Part shown: positions 1 through 12,569 of the stretch, piece after piece
Numbering within the stretch: the first letter of the stretch is position 1
Layout of the letters: each line of letters opens with the position of its first letter
Origin: Eledone cirrhosa
Lineage: Eukaryota
Assembly (NCBI GenBank): GCA_964016885.1
Contig: OZ024742.1
Span: forward strand, 248,992,001 to 249,056,000
Reading direction: 5' to 3'
Length of the DNA: 64,000 nt
Program-made: the position numbers and the translations under genes
The notes under the pieces: model-generated
What the model was told of the DNA's origin: nothing
Databases searched by the model: none
What the model saw: the letters and a program-made list of their open reading frames with translations, nothing else

Positions 1-115
1 GTTTTGGGGTTTGTTACGATCATATAATTGAAGCCTTACGATAATATAATTGTCGCAGTCAAATGATTGAAACCAATAAATGAATAAGAATTAACTATCG
101 TGTTTTTGTTTGTAG

Positions 116-292
116 AAATGGAGAATTTGTTCCCGTCGTATTGTGGTCTGGAAAGCAGCATTCCCTTCAGTGGAACCTACGATGGACAGTACTGTGAAGG
201 GACGATAGCAGATTGGAACGAGTCTACGTGTCTTACCGAAAGCTCTCTTATTTTGAGGTCAGATACCTGTTCAGCTCTTTTGATCCCTCAAG
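116..292 (+). CDS. Internal coding exon of a Cys-rich host protein (DUF7042-like module), phase 1-1
   Basis: Acceptor tttgtttgtag|, donor AG|gtaaga, 177 nt, open frame xMENLFPSYCGLESSIPFSGTYDGQYCEGTIADWNESTCLTESSLILRSDTCSALLIPQ. Splices in frame to 1302-1399. The domain label comes from recalled Cys spacing, not a search. Confidence 0.75.
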
Positions 293-1301
293 GTAAGAAG
301 TACCCTCTTTTTGATAGTTTTCTTCCCCGGCCTCATATACATTTAACCACACTTTACATCATACCTCACTCAAATTCGTTCCCGTTTTTCTTAAAAAATT
401 AATCTCCTTCATTTTCACTTCCCATGTGATATTCTATTTAGCCTTACACCCTCCCAGATGGTGGATTGGCAGAATCGTTAGTGCATAGAATACATTTTCT
501 TGCGGAAATTGATCCGGCTTTCTGAACTCTGTTTAAACCCTCCCAAATTTGGTCTTCATCAATAAATAAAATATAAATTCAGGATGTTAGGTCAGTTGAA
601 TTGTTAGAAGGTCAGACACAATGAGTTGGGCTTTTTGTCCTAGTTCTTTACATTCTAAGCTGAAGTTTCGCTAAAGCTTGTCTGGATGGTAGACCTAACC
701 CATTTCCCAGTTTAACAGAACACCCTGGCTCTTCGACACATTTATGGAAATCAATTCTATTACAAGCATTTGAACAAGGTCTTGCATCTGAGGTTAACAG
801 CCTTCCTCCCGACTACCAATCTTGGTAGCTTTGAAAAAAGCCAGAAACAATTCTGTTCTTTTCTTCAGTAATCAGGAAACGGGAAAAGAAAAGGCCCTCT
901 TAGGTCATGATTGGTCATAGGACTGAATGATCATAGATTGGCCTTTTTGAGGCACAAGTCTAAGAAAGGAAATTTGTGGAAGACCAACTGTCGCCCATGA
1001 TGGCAGTCTAATCCCTCCACCTCATATATTTTTTCAATAGAAAAGCAAAAGGTCCAAAGTAACTTCACGCCAGGGATGATGCAATTCACAGTACCACGTA
1101 AAATGTCTCGTTGAATGACACAAAGCACCATTTCGTCCAAGAATCGAACTAAAGTCCTGACAATCGTGTGTCTAGTGCCCTAACCATTAAGTCACATATG
1201 TCCACTAACAACAACAACAATACACATATTCATCAACAAACCCTTTTCTACACTAAATTAACTCTCTATATATTATCGATCTACTATTGTTTCTTCTACA
1301 G

Positions 1302-1399
1302 AATTTGAGTGCCTTGCCTTCTTAAACGAGCAAAATGGATTGATTGATAATCTGGTTATAACTCGTAGCAAAGATGGAAAAAATGAATTTAACTGTTGG
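1302..1399 (+). CDS. Next coding exon of the same gene, phase 1-0
   Basis: Acceptor ttcttctacag|, donor TGG|gtaagt. Translates (E)FECLAFLNEQNGLIDNLVITRSKDGKNEFNCW in phase with the preceding exon. Confidence 0.75.
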
Positions 1400-1449
1400 G
1401 TAAGTAGCTTTTGTCTTAATAATGATAATACTGTTATTAAAACAAGGCC

Positions 1450-1480
<31 letters not shown>

Positions 1481-1607
1481 AGAGCTTCACGAATGAAACA
1501 GGTCTCGTCCTGTAGAAGCTCTTCTATATTAACACTTTTATACTCTGCTATATATTGAGTACCTTACTTACTGTGGTTACCTCCGATTCAACCCGGTATA
1601 ACTTATA

Positions 1608-1639
<32 letters not shown>

Positions 1640-1964
1640 ACGGCGATGAATTTGTTTTGCGAGGTTTTTGATATGAAACAAATAAGATGGCGTAGATATA
1701 CAATACAACAGGAGGAACAAAATAGTACCACTGATGATGTTGCAGATGTGCAAAGAAAGAACTTTGTTAGACTATATATATGTGTTTATATCTATATTAT
1801 ATCTGTATTGTTGGCCGTTGGTCAGTCAATGGTAAACATTGAGGACCGAATGAAATAACTATGGAGATATAAAAGATACAGAAGCGAAAACCAACCAAAC
1901 AGTGAGTGTGTTCTGTTATTATTTCTGGCAATATTATTCCAACAATATGACTCTCCCCAAATAT

Positions 1965-2063
<99 letters not shown>

Positions 2064-2342
2064 CCAGGCGATTTGCCCAATATAGGTCTGTTATTTTTCT
2101 TAATTTAATATTTAAAATTAATTCTGACAAAACATATTGCTGTAGTTAGTATTTTTCCACCCTAGCAAACTTGGTCCTTACGATTCGAACACATGTATGT
2201 TTATATTAGTCTTCATCTCTCATGTTTATTAAATTATATATATATATATATATATATCACGATAAATTAACGGAGGCATAGGACCTCGCTATTCCCTGTA
2301 AATAATGTGCTCAAAGGAGAAGAGATCCTGAGCTATTTAAAA

Positions 2343-2562
2343 TACAATATGTTGAAAAGGTAACACACCAGAGAGAGATATACAGTGCGTTATCAATAAT
2401 ACAGGGAAAAAACCACCAGTGTATGGACCTGAGCTTTTTAAAATACAATATATTGAAAAGGTAACACACCAGAGGTTATAGATTCCATACACTGGTGGTT
2501 TTTTCACTGTATTATTGATAACGCACTGTATATCTCTCTCTGGTGTGTTACCTTTTCAACAT

Positions 2563-2568
<6 letters not shown>
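2343..2568. repeat. Inverted repeat (~85-bp arms) ending at (TA)n
   Basis: 2343-2427 tacaatatgttgaaaaggtaacacacc...gtgtatgga is near-perfectly reverse-complemented at 2484-2568. Confidence 0.9.
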
Positions 2569-2615
<47 letters not shown>

Positions 2616-2794
2616 GGGGAGCTTATACGTAGATGTTACACTGTAACGTCGCGGGGATAATCCCGTTCAAGCGATCCCAAATCACTTCACAGTAGTTCAT
2701 CCCAGCTAAAAGTTGGTGATTAGGAGTGATGGACTATTCATTTATCAATTAAAAGTTATTAAGACGGGGTTACTTCAACATAAATTGCTTTATT

Positions 2795-2845
2795 ACATGA
2801 TATATATTTCTGTGACATGGTTATGCATGCGACTTCATCAGAAGC
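2795..2845 (-). ncRNA. Minimal type I hammerhead motif, degenerate (family shared with 25771)
   Basis: rc: GCTT CTGATGA AGTCGCATGCATAACCATGTCACA GAAA TATATATC ATGT AATAAA. Confidence 0.55.
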
Positions 2846-2960
2846 TCATACAATCATTAGGTTCAGTTATGCAATCATTGTGATATGTCGCTGGTCAAGG
2901 ATTACAATCCTGTTGTGATGCCAGAACCCCCCCCTCCCATAAACATGCACACTCATTCAC

Positions 2961-3051
<91 letters not shown>

Positions 3052-3470
3052 GCAAAAAGAAGAAGAACAACAACAAGTGTAACTCCACGATCAACACAAC
3101 AAAATTTAACAGCACCGGCACAACCCCCACAACCACTATAGTAGCTAAAATTGCCCAAGATGTAGGAGATCAGATGACAGTTAACAGGAGCCATGTCTAT
3201 ATATTTAACAGGGTATAATTAGGAGAAGTGGAGTTAAACGAGAGATGTTCGAAATATTTAACAAATGTCATTATGTCTGATTTCAATTAAAAAAACTTTA
3301 CGGTAACCCACACGACGCAAAACGAGCTCTATTGTTTAAACTTAAAGTTGTCTCTTTTTTTTTTTCGGTGATGGGGATGTTCTTACAAGATTATGTACGA
3401 ACCGTTCACAAGAGTTCTTAATACAGAATTGTAGAGAATAAATATGTCTATAAATATATCTCTCTCCCTA

Positions 3471-3512
<42 letters not shown>

Positions 3513-4424
3513 CATACATGCATACAGACACACACGTGCGCGCACATACACACGTGCGCGCACATACACACGTGCGCGCGCACACACACACACGCACACA
3601 CACACACATATATATATATATTTATATATTCGAAAGTAAGGTTTTCTCATGTATTCCACACGGGTAAAGAAAAAGAAGTTTAAAATGCATATACTGTCTC
3701 TAAAGGGCTCCAATTGCATTTTCGACTTCTTTCTCCTATACGACTATACAGACATCACACACATACACGCATACACGCACACACACACACATATATGTGT
3801 ATATATATATATATATTTGACAAGTTATTGTCCTTCGACAATGAGCTGATCGTATTACTGCTCGGTCGAAATAAAAAAACGCTTTGTCAGGATAAATGGT
3901 GTGAACGATATATAGATTTCATTCACATGCCATTGCTCAACCAAGAGATGTATTAGAAAAATCTGTCCAACTTACCACACTGTGGACCTGAACCCGAAAC
4001 TACGTATTTATGAATCGATCTTCTAAACCATATATCAATGTACTGGCAATTACTTAATTTTATTGTTCTTTTATTTTACCTGAAACATCTGTTTGCTGTC
4101 GGGAAAATTATGTTATCAACTGTATAGCAACTGTCTTTAAGTAGACAGAAAAAGGAGAGAAAAATTGTTTTTGGTTTAAGATTAATAATAATATAATGAA
4201 TCACATGTTTCTATTTAAATTATGGTCCAAAGGTTTCACAACTTAAATATCAGTTACTCGGTGCTGTTTTATCTCCACCGACATAAACTCTTTCATAAAC
4301 GCTCTCATACCAACGATCGTTATTCACCCCTTATGATATAAAAACCCAACAGACGACGTCAAGATCAACAGCGTGATATTTAATAGATGCACATTTCGGT
4401 ACGCATAATGCAAGCAATTTGAAG

Positions 4425-4491
<67 letters not shown>

Positions 4492-4493
4492 AT

Positions 4494-4571
<78 letters not shown>

Positions 4572-4583
4572 GTATACATACGT

Positions 4584-4620
<37 letters not shown>

Positions 4621-4991
4621 GGCAGGAGACAACATGTGTGTGCATGTTCCTTAGATTGTTTCCCCCACAAGTTGTGTATATCTTGATAGTTAAAGCACCG
4701 ATTGAAGGCAGAACAAAGGATTGAGCCCAGCATGTTTGGTGCTTTACGAAAGATGATGAAGTACTTAGTATCCTTGGCTTCAGCAACCAAGGAGCAAGTT
4801 CAAGGTTTTAAAACTAATTAAAATCAGACGCCATCTTTCCGTTGTCTACATACATTCATTCGCAAAGAACTTCACACACGCATACACACTGAGACACAGA
4901 CACACGCACTCACACTGAGACGCATACATACACACACACATACACTTGCATATATATATGGTGTGGGTGCATGAGTATGTTTGTATAAATG

Positions 4992-6306
4992 TACAAGTCA
5001 TGGCCAAAATGTTACGACTAGCTAGGTAAAAAAATGGATTCTCTCAATTAATGCAAAGCATTAGATCTTTCTTGCAAACGTTTCATTCTATTGCTTATTC
5101 CACTTCATATAAATATTTGTAGTGCAATTTTTGCTAGTATGAAATCTGTGCGCTTTCCTTTCAAATGTGTATATCTTAAAATAAGGGAAACGTCATCAAC
5201 TTCTATCTCTCAAAGAGGTTAAATATAAGGAACATATTTCACAGATTACTCGTCTGTGGTTTCTAAATGCGCTGTATCGAAAAATCCATAATAGCATATT
5301 TGTGGCTTATAATATGACAAATGTGGAAGTGATCACCCCGGGAATACTAACCCTATAGATAGTCGTATCAACGAAAATATTACACGTCCTTCTACAAATT
5401 TCTGCCTAAAAAGGATGAGCTGCGCTGCTTCTAAGAAGTACAGAGATGAGTTGTATGGCTAAATCATACAACTCATCTCTGTACAAATTCATGAATTTGG
5501 GCTAAAATCTTGCTAACCTAACCACAAGCCAATATTGACGTTGGATGTGATAAAAAAAACGTCCCCAAAAACTCTGAAAATTGCAAAACACCATGATAGT
5601 CGAACAGAAAAGCAATGGCTCAAAGCTACAGTTTTCGATGAATCAACAATGCAAGAGTTTGTAGCACACCTGCATCAACGTCGGGAGATCTCGTTGAAAA
5701 CGATATGATGAAAAATATACTGTAAAACAAACAATGAATGACCCAACTAGTTAGATAGTCAGGTGTGGCATTTCGATGTCTGGACGCACCAGCTTATATT
5801 TCATTGAGCTTAGGACAATTATAAATAGCCAAATGCACATGAAAGTACTGAAGGCCAAACTGAAGTTAGACAAGCATATACATTGGTGTCACATATTCAT
5901 GCGCGATTGTGCTGCTTTCCACAAAGCAAATCTTTTTCAAGAATACCTTTAAAGATCAATGTCACAACACTAGAAAAGTATGGAAAAAAAACTCTGACAC
6001 CAATCCCAATGAAAATTGGTGGGAATTTATCAAGAACGAGGTTGCAAACAACCGCCCATCTTTTGCGAAAACAAATAAAGACATATAGGTGAAAGAAATT
6101 TTACAAGATTATTTCCAGGCTTATATATCCTACATCACCCACCGAATTCAAGTGATCAGCAAAGCAAAAGGAGGACATAGAAAAATAAAACTGTATAGTT
6201 AACTTGATATCTGAAAACATGTCTTCAAACAAGTGAATATTATATTCTATTTTCATTTTGTTAACAATTGCCGAGAAGCCTTAAACTTTGGCCATGGCAG
6301 CAAGTA
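4992..6306 (+). mobile_element. Decayed Tc1-like DNA transposon
   Basis: TIR-like ends tacaagtcatggccaaaa / aaactttggccatggcagcaagta. Transposase remnants FSDES (~5632), FMRDCAAFHKAK (~5896) and PD.NP.ENWW (~5995), with frameshifts. Confidence 0.7.
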
Positions 6307-6576
6307 CATACATACATACATACATACATACATACATACATACATACATACATACATACATACATACATACATACATACATACATAGTCGCAAGCTTGCC
6401 AGTATTACTGGAAACTTTAACACAATTGGCTATACTTCTTACGCAAGGAAGGTGGCTGGGGTCTAAAATGTTTATTACCATCATACCAGACCCGAATAGT
6501 AACACTGAAGCAACATCTTCAGCAGACGAAAGAGGTCAGCAACCATCTTGCCCAGGTCTATGTGCATGAAGAAAAT

Positions 6577-6750
6577 AATTGTTTCTACGTTTGACACAAG
6601 GCCAGCAATTACCCTAGCGCATTATTGGTACTTTATTTTATCGACCCCGTAAGGAATAAAGGCAAAGTTAACCTCGGTGGGATTTGAACCCAGATCTTCT
6701 ACCGATACTGGCGTCAGACCCTCTACCGATACTGCCAATCCACCGCCCTC
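6577..6750 (-). mobile_element. tRNA-derived SINE with Meta-like core (dominant SINE family)
   Basis: rc begins gggcggtggattggcagtatcggtagag, has B-box ggttcaaatcc, then gaggttaactttgcctttattccttacggggtcgataaaataaagtacc. Confidence 0.85.
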
Positions 6751-6759
6751 AGAAAATAA

Positions 6760-7712
6760 TATCATTAGGATAGCCACTGATCTGGAGGAGAGATTTGGAA
6801 TAAGGGCTGATATAAATATCTCTCCCAAGGAAATTCGAAGATTCTATTCAATGTTCAAACAAGGTAAAAAAAAATAGACCAATTTACAGAGAAAGTCGTG
6901 CATGGGTACCTGAGACGAAAAACACGGACCATAGAGGGGATAAATCATTCCAAACGCCTGGCATGGAGTTCCGACAAGTTTATGACATCCTACATTGAAG
7001 GATATCTCTATGCAATACAGGAACAAGAAATCCCTACCAAATATCTGCTACACAAAAGAGGAGAGCCATCAATTGACAATAAATGTAGGCTATGTAAAAA
7101 AAGATCGAAGATGTTAGCCACATGTTGCAAACTGCAAAAGAATGTCGTCTCGCTACTACCGGTATATGAGAACGATGTGATAGCTAGAACCATCTGGAGC
7201 GCACTTAAGAAAAACAAATTAGGAAGAATATGTTGAGATAGATGGCACTAAAGAATACTGTTGGAACCTGAAAATAAAAACTGCCACCAAATTAAAGCAC
7301 AATAGGCCTGATATTGTTGTTTGGGATCACACATTGAAAACGTGCTCTGTTGTAGAGATCAGCTGCCCACTTGGTGTCAACGGTGTAAGAATATATAACC
7401 TGTAGAGAAGGAGGACATTTACGGGTCACCGATGAGCACTTGCAGATCCAGTATCCAAGATACACTTGCAGCTTCATACCCATCTTTATTGGACCTACAG
7501 GTTATATATCAACCCGCTTGGACCAAAGTTTAACTGAAGTTGGATTTGTCGACAAAGAGCGCAGCACCCTAATTCATAGACTACAAATGACTGCGATAGC
7601 TGGCACTTTAAAATTTACAAAACATTCTTGCGATCATGTGATGACAATTTCTTTTCTTTTACAACCTTGCCAGCAGGACGATGGCCGGTCAAAATTGTAC
7701 TCGAAATTAAGA
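6760..7712 (+). mobile_element. 3' part of an R4/Dong-like non-LTR retrotransposon (restriction-like endonuclease), degenerate
   Basis: MHGY...EGYLYAIQEQEIPTKY...NKCRLC (zinc knuckle), then HNRPDIVVWD...VVEISCP (PD-(D/E)xK). Frameshifted. Confidence 0.8.
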
Positions 7713-7820
7713 GAAAGAGAGACATTCATACATACATATATGCATACATATATGCATACATGCATGCATACATACATACAAACATATACATACATAGGCA
7801 CGTACAAACAAACACACACA

Positions 7821-7906
<86 letters not shown>

Positions 7907-8246
7907 AAGAATGAATAATAACAGGTAGACTGTCTACCTGTTATTATTCATTCTTTATATACACTCCGGAATACTGAAGGATCAGGAACTAAGTTTCTTG
8001 AACAATTCTTCCATAACTCGTAGAGTAACCTCTTACCGTACGTCAACCATATCCAGTGTAGTAATTAACCATTACTACATCTTGGATAATCCTATACCTA
8101 ATATATATATATATATATATTAGAAAGTGAGTTTTTTTTACAAAATGAAAAAAAACGAGGTGTCCTATACGAGTGAAAGTATAAGGAAAAAAGATGAAAT
8201 CGAAAATGCAACTGGAGTCTTTTTTTTTTAAATATATATTTATTTG

Positions 8247-8286
8247 GTTCTTTTACCGGTTTCGCAGTTCTTCTGCTTTTCAAAAG
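8247..8286 (-). ncRNA. Hammerhead motif with U3-A8 core variant (left arm)
   Basis: rc: CTT TTGAAAA GCAG AAGAA CTGC GAAA CCGG TA AAAGAAC. Confidence 0.55.
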
Positions 8287-8354
8287 TAGAGTTGAGATGG
8301 AGGGACTGTGGTTTTTCTCACAGATGTGAGAAAAACCACAGACCCTCCATCTCA

Positions 8355-8400
8355 GTTCTACTTTTGAAAAGCAGAAGAACTGCGAAACGGGTAAAGGAAC
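8355..8400 (+). ncRNA. Hammerhead motif with U3-A8 core variant (right arm)
   Basis: GTTC TA CTT TTGAAAA GCAG AAGAA CTGC GAAA CGGG TA AAG GAAC, then caAATAAA. Confidence 0.65.
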
Positions 8401-8462
8401 CAAATAAATATATATATTTTTTTAAAAAGACTACAGTGGCATTTTCGAATTCATCTTTTTTC

Positions 8463-8505
<43 letters not shown>

Positions 8506-8510
8506 GGTTT

Positions 8511-9545
8511 GGTAAAATTGCAGTATTCTCAGCGCGAAGGGTAGCCGTAAATAGCTGGACACAATATATATCGTAAAAGGTCGTGTTAAGATATAAACCT
8601 CCTATCGTACGGGGAGTGGAAGAGAAAGGAAGAAAGAGAGTCTGATGCATGAGATGAGAAAAGAGTGGGTGATAGAAAGACAGAAGGAAAGAATAGAAGA
8701 GAGGAGAAAAGTGGGCATGAGATCGATGGAGCATCACATGGAGAATTACGAAAGAGGATAAAAAGATTGAGGAAGGATTAAGTAAGTAAACTAACAAGAA
8801 GGAGAACTTTAGCGTCATATGAATCATAATCTTCCATCAAGACTAACATAGTGTCTCACGGGAGAGGAAGGACTAAGTATAGAAGGCTTTCCCGCGCAAC
8901 AGAACTTAAATTTCTGTTATCTGACATTGGAATAGCAAAGAAAGAGAGCAGTGGGGCACATCCACGCCAAGTCATGGTGGGCAAGAAAAAATGCCGTCTG
9001 TAATTCTAAAAAAACAGAGCAGCAGTAAGCGACACGAGAATGGGGGTAATATGAGCAGTAGTGGCGATAGCGGGAGAAACAAAAATAGATAGAGAGGGCT
9101 GAAGAGAGAGAAAGACAAAACAAGATAGATAAAGATATAAAGAGTTGCCTGTAACTGGCACTGTATCCGTTCATATGCATTTTCGTAAAATTGTAGTATT
9201 CTCAGCGCGAAGGGCAGCTGTAAACAGCTGGATACTATATATATAGTTATAAGGCGAGTTAAGATATAAACTAATATAGACCGGAGAGCGGGAGAGAAAG
9301 AAAGAAAAAGAGTCTAAAGCATGAGATGAGAAAAGCGAGGGTTATATATAGGGAGGAGAGGAGAGGAGAGGAGAGCAGAGGAGAAGAGAGGAGAGAAGAG
9401 GAGAAAAGCGGGAATGAGATTGATGGAGTAGGACTTATGGAGATTTACGAAAAAGGATAAAATGGAGGAAGTAAACCAAAAGAAATAGAACTGTAGCGTC
9501 ATATGGATCATCAGCTTCCATCGAGACTAACGTAGTTTCTTGCGA
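8511..9545. repeat. Two diverged ~360-bp direct repeats (8511-8870 and 9185-9545), purine-rich
   Basis: Both begin gtaaaattgYagtattctcagcgcgaaggg and end cgtcatatgRatcat...cttccatcRagactaac. Confidence 0.7.
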
Positions 9546-9589
9546 AATTAATAAGACCTTTTGTATCTCTGTTTTGACGTTTCCTTGAA

Positions 9590-9674
<85 letters not shown>

Positions 9675-9794
9675 TTCATAGAAACATTTATATATACATA
9701 CATACACACTACGCACGCACGCGCACTCACACTGATATATATATAGAGATAGATAAATACACACACACACACCCCACAAATATCTATCTATCTA

Positions 9795-10114
9795 GGGCGG
9801 GTAAAATTCCCGAGATCCATGGACGAGTTCTCACCAGCGGTCTGTGTTCTTGATCAATGCCGCCATGTCCTGCGTCTCCAAGAGACCGGTGTCTGTCCTT
9901 AGGGCATCAACATATGTCAACATCATTCTCCCTCTTCTAGTGTGTTTATGTAGGGGCTCCCACAGGAATACGGAGTGCAGTTCAACTCTGGATGTCGGTT
10001 AGCTATATCCAGCTAACCCCAGTCTCCTCTGTGCTACTTTCGAGCTGACTTTTGGGAGGCTCCCGCACAGCTCTGAGTTCTTCATCCTAAGTGTATACTG
10101 ATTAATGTTCAGAG

Positions 10115-10116
<2 letters not shown>
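9795..10116 (-). mobile_element. RTE-type LINE 3' fragment
   Basis: Minus strand reads KVAQRRLGLAGY...LHSVFLWEPLHKHTRRGRMMLTYVDALRTDTG, typical of an RTE C-terminus. Confidence 0.7.
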
Positions 10117-10175
<59 letters not shown>

Positions 10176-10828
10176 TAAGAAAATTAACAAAGGGAGGACA
10201 AGACAAATGGAAGATAGACAGATAGATAGATAAAGAGAAACATTAGGAGGGACATAAGAACATGCTATCTAGTAAGATTGTTTATATTTTAACATACTGA
10301 CGATGTGGGATACATTATAACGAAATATAGTACTGAATTAGGGAAACAGATGACCGTAAACCTCAACAACACATCCTGAATATAAATACAGGAAGAATTC
10401 TATTGAGCGGACATATTAAACTATGCGCCGTTATAAAATGTTTCCAACTTCAATTTATAAATTTGCAAACTACATCACCAAACAACAAAGGATGAAAAAT
10501 ATTTAATCTATATATATAACCCATGCATAAATGCTTAGTTATAATAAATATTGTACCAAAATCTCACATACCAATACACGCAGCAACTGCTTGGAATTTT
10601 TGTTTTAAAATTTACTGCTAAAACGCTAGCAGACTATCATGATATTGTATAATAAAGTCGTGGATTAGATGACTTCTGTTTTCATATAAAACTGGTTGTT
10701 GTTGAATTGGTGTTGATAAACAACAATTAATATATATAATTAAAATGAACTCTATAATATTAGATATACGCTTTGTAAACATTTTCAGCATTATACGGTC
10801 ATATACGCTCATGCACACACACGCACAC

Positions 10829-10865
<37 letters not shown>

Positions 10866-11181
10866 TAGCCGTTTAACCCAGGCGTTGCTCGAGTTTGTTC
10901 ATTTGCTATGAAAAGTTACATACAGGTAAACGTAGCTTGAAAGCGCATAAGCTTATCAATTAAGTGCATAAAGCAGTTGAAACGGTTATTAATAGTTACG
11001 AACCAATTAGCATTTTTGATAATCAAAAATGGGTTAATAATCTTCCAATAGCGAATTTAGTAGACCAAAGTTGCAAGATGGTGGCCCTGATGCCGTTGGG
11101 TGTTAGATCTGTCCGCTATGGGGGACCCTACCAGTTTTCCAGACGGCATAGCTCCAACACCCCCAACACCTGCACCAACAT

Positions 11182-12465
11182 CTAGAGCACCTCTTTGTAG
11201 ACGATATTGCGTGTCATCCCTTGAGGAGTGTAAGCAAAAAGTCCATCCCTGCTCCCTGCGCGGGAACAGGCAACATAAAGTTGGCCATGGGAGAAGCATG
11301 ACTCCCCCAAATGGATGCTCGCCACCGACAATGTTTGCCCTTGTGACTTGTTAATGGACATGGCAAAACATGGTCTCACCGGGAATTGGGATCGCCGGAA
11401 ATCGAACGGGATATCTGACGCCGAGGGGAAAAGGTTCATCCTTGGAATGAAAACATACTCCCCTCGCCCGCACCCCGTTGCAATGGTGGCCTCAATCAAG
11501 TGGGGCGTCAGTGACTTGACGACCATGCGAGTACCGTTGCACTGCCTTGGTGGACGCAAGTTCCTTATTAGCATAATGGGACAGCCAACCCTAAGCTTAA
11601 TAATGTGAGGTGGGAGCCCTAGGGGATCAAGGGAATTTAATAACTCAACCGGATAATTAATGATATCGTCGGGGTCTGACGTCCGGTCGATAGATTTGAA
11701 AATGTGTTCTTTACCGGGAATCTTCTCAATCAGCTGCTCGTTAATAAAATTAACCATGGTATTTTTCGGAGCAAGGATGGCTCTTTCGCTGAGCCAATCG
11801 AGGTTTTTAAAGTTAGATGAGACATTAGGAAAAACTGCTTCCCAAAGGTCAGAAGGGCTGCTCAACATGCTGCAGAGGGAGTTGATTGCTATGTCGCCCT
11901 TGTCATCCGCAGGGACTTTGCCCTCACCAAGTGCTAAAATATTCTGAGCAAATGCTGCCGACAGTTTGTCACCATGCAAATGAGCACGCATATTTGTGCT
12001 CAGGTAAAAACTCTTCACCTGGAGCCACAACATGGACGACTTAAGGCAGGTACGCACTGCATTAGCTCTTGTCCCTTTGGGGATGACAGGCAGCGTTTGC
12101 CGAAAATCCCCTGATAGCAGAAGGGTTACGCCACCCATAAGAGACGTAGAATCCCTAATGTCTTTCAGGCTCCTGTCCAAGGCCTCAAGGGCACCCTTGT
12201 GTGCCATTGTGTACTCATCCCAAACAATGAGACAACTTTTATTGAGAACCAGAGCTTCGTGTGAGCTCTTGCTGATATTGCATGTTGGTGTCTCAGTTTT
12301 TACTAAATCCAAGAGGAGTTTAAAGGTTGAATGTGCTGTCCTGTCTCTCGGCAGCAAAGTAGCAGCGATCCCGGACGATGCAACGGCCAACACAATCTTT
12401 TTCTCCTGACGAATCTTAGCGAGAATCAATTTCGTTACATAAGTTTTTCCGGTACCCCCCAGGAG
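11182..12465 (-). pseudogene. Helitron PIF1-family SF1 helicase domain
   Basis: GGTGKT, VASSGIAA, RTAHS, IVWDE, GDFRQTLPV, RQCNGTR, QFPVRPCFAMSINKSQGQT, FSHGQLYVACSR. Confidence 0.95.
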
Positions 12466-12569
12466 CATCGAGAAAGTAAGTACCCCCAGTCTGATTTTGA
12501 ACCGCATCAATGATAGTTAAATAGGCCAACCTTTGGTCCGACAGAAGTTTGGGCTCATTTTCCTCTAAG

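Larger units (their letters stand above)
8120..8468. mobile_element. Fold-back pair of a ~215-bp (TA)n-inserted HHR element
   Basis: Symmetry centre at ctcacagatgtgag (~8322), TA arrays on both sides. A single-copy version lies at 47112-47326. Confidence 0.85.

Noticed and set aside
4620-4800. Protein-like frame [15 protein letters not shown]...
   Set aside because: No convincing splice sites or motif, and it runs into a TA array.
9495-9545. Permuted (type II) hammerhead on the - strand (GAAACTACGTTAGTC...CTGATGA)
   Set aside because: Stems I and II do not pair, and the sister copy lacks the core.
10295-10335. CTGACGA...CGAAATATAGTA (also TTGACGA..GAAA at ~34840 and CTGACGATGGAAA at 29041)
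   Set aside because: Stems are too weak or missing to count as HHRs.
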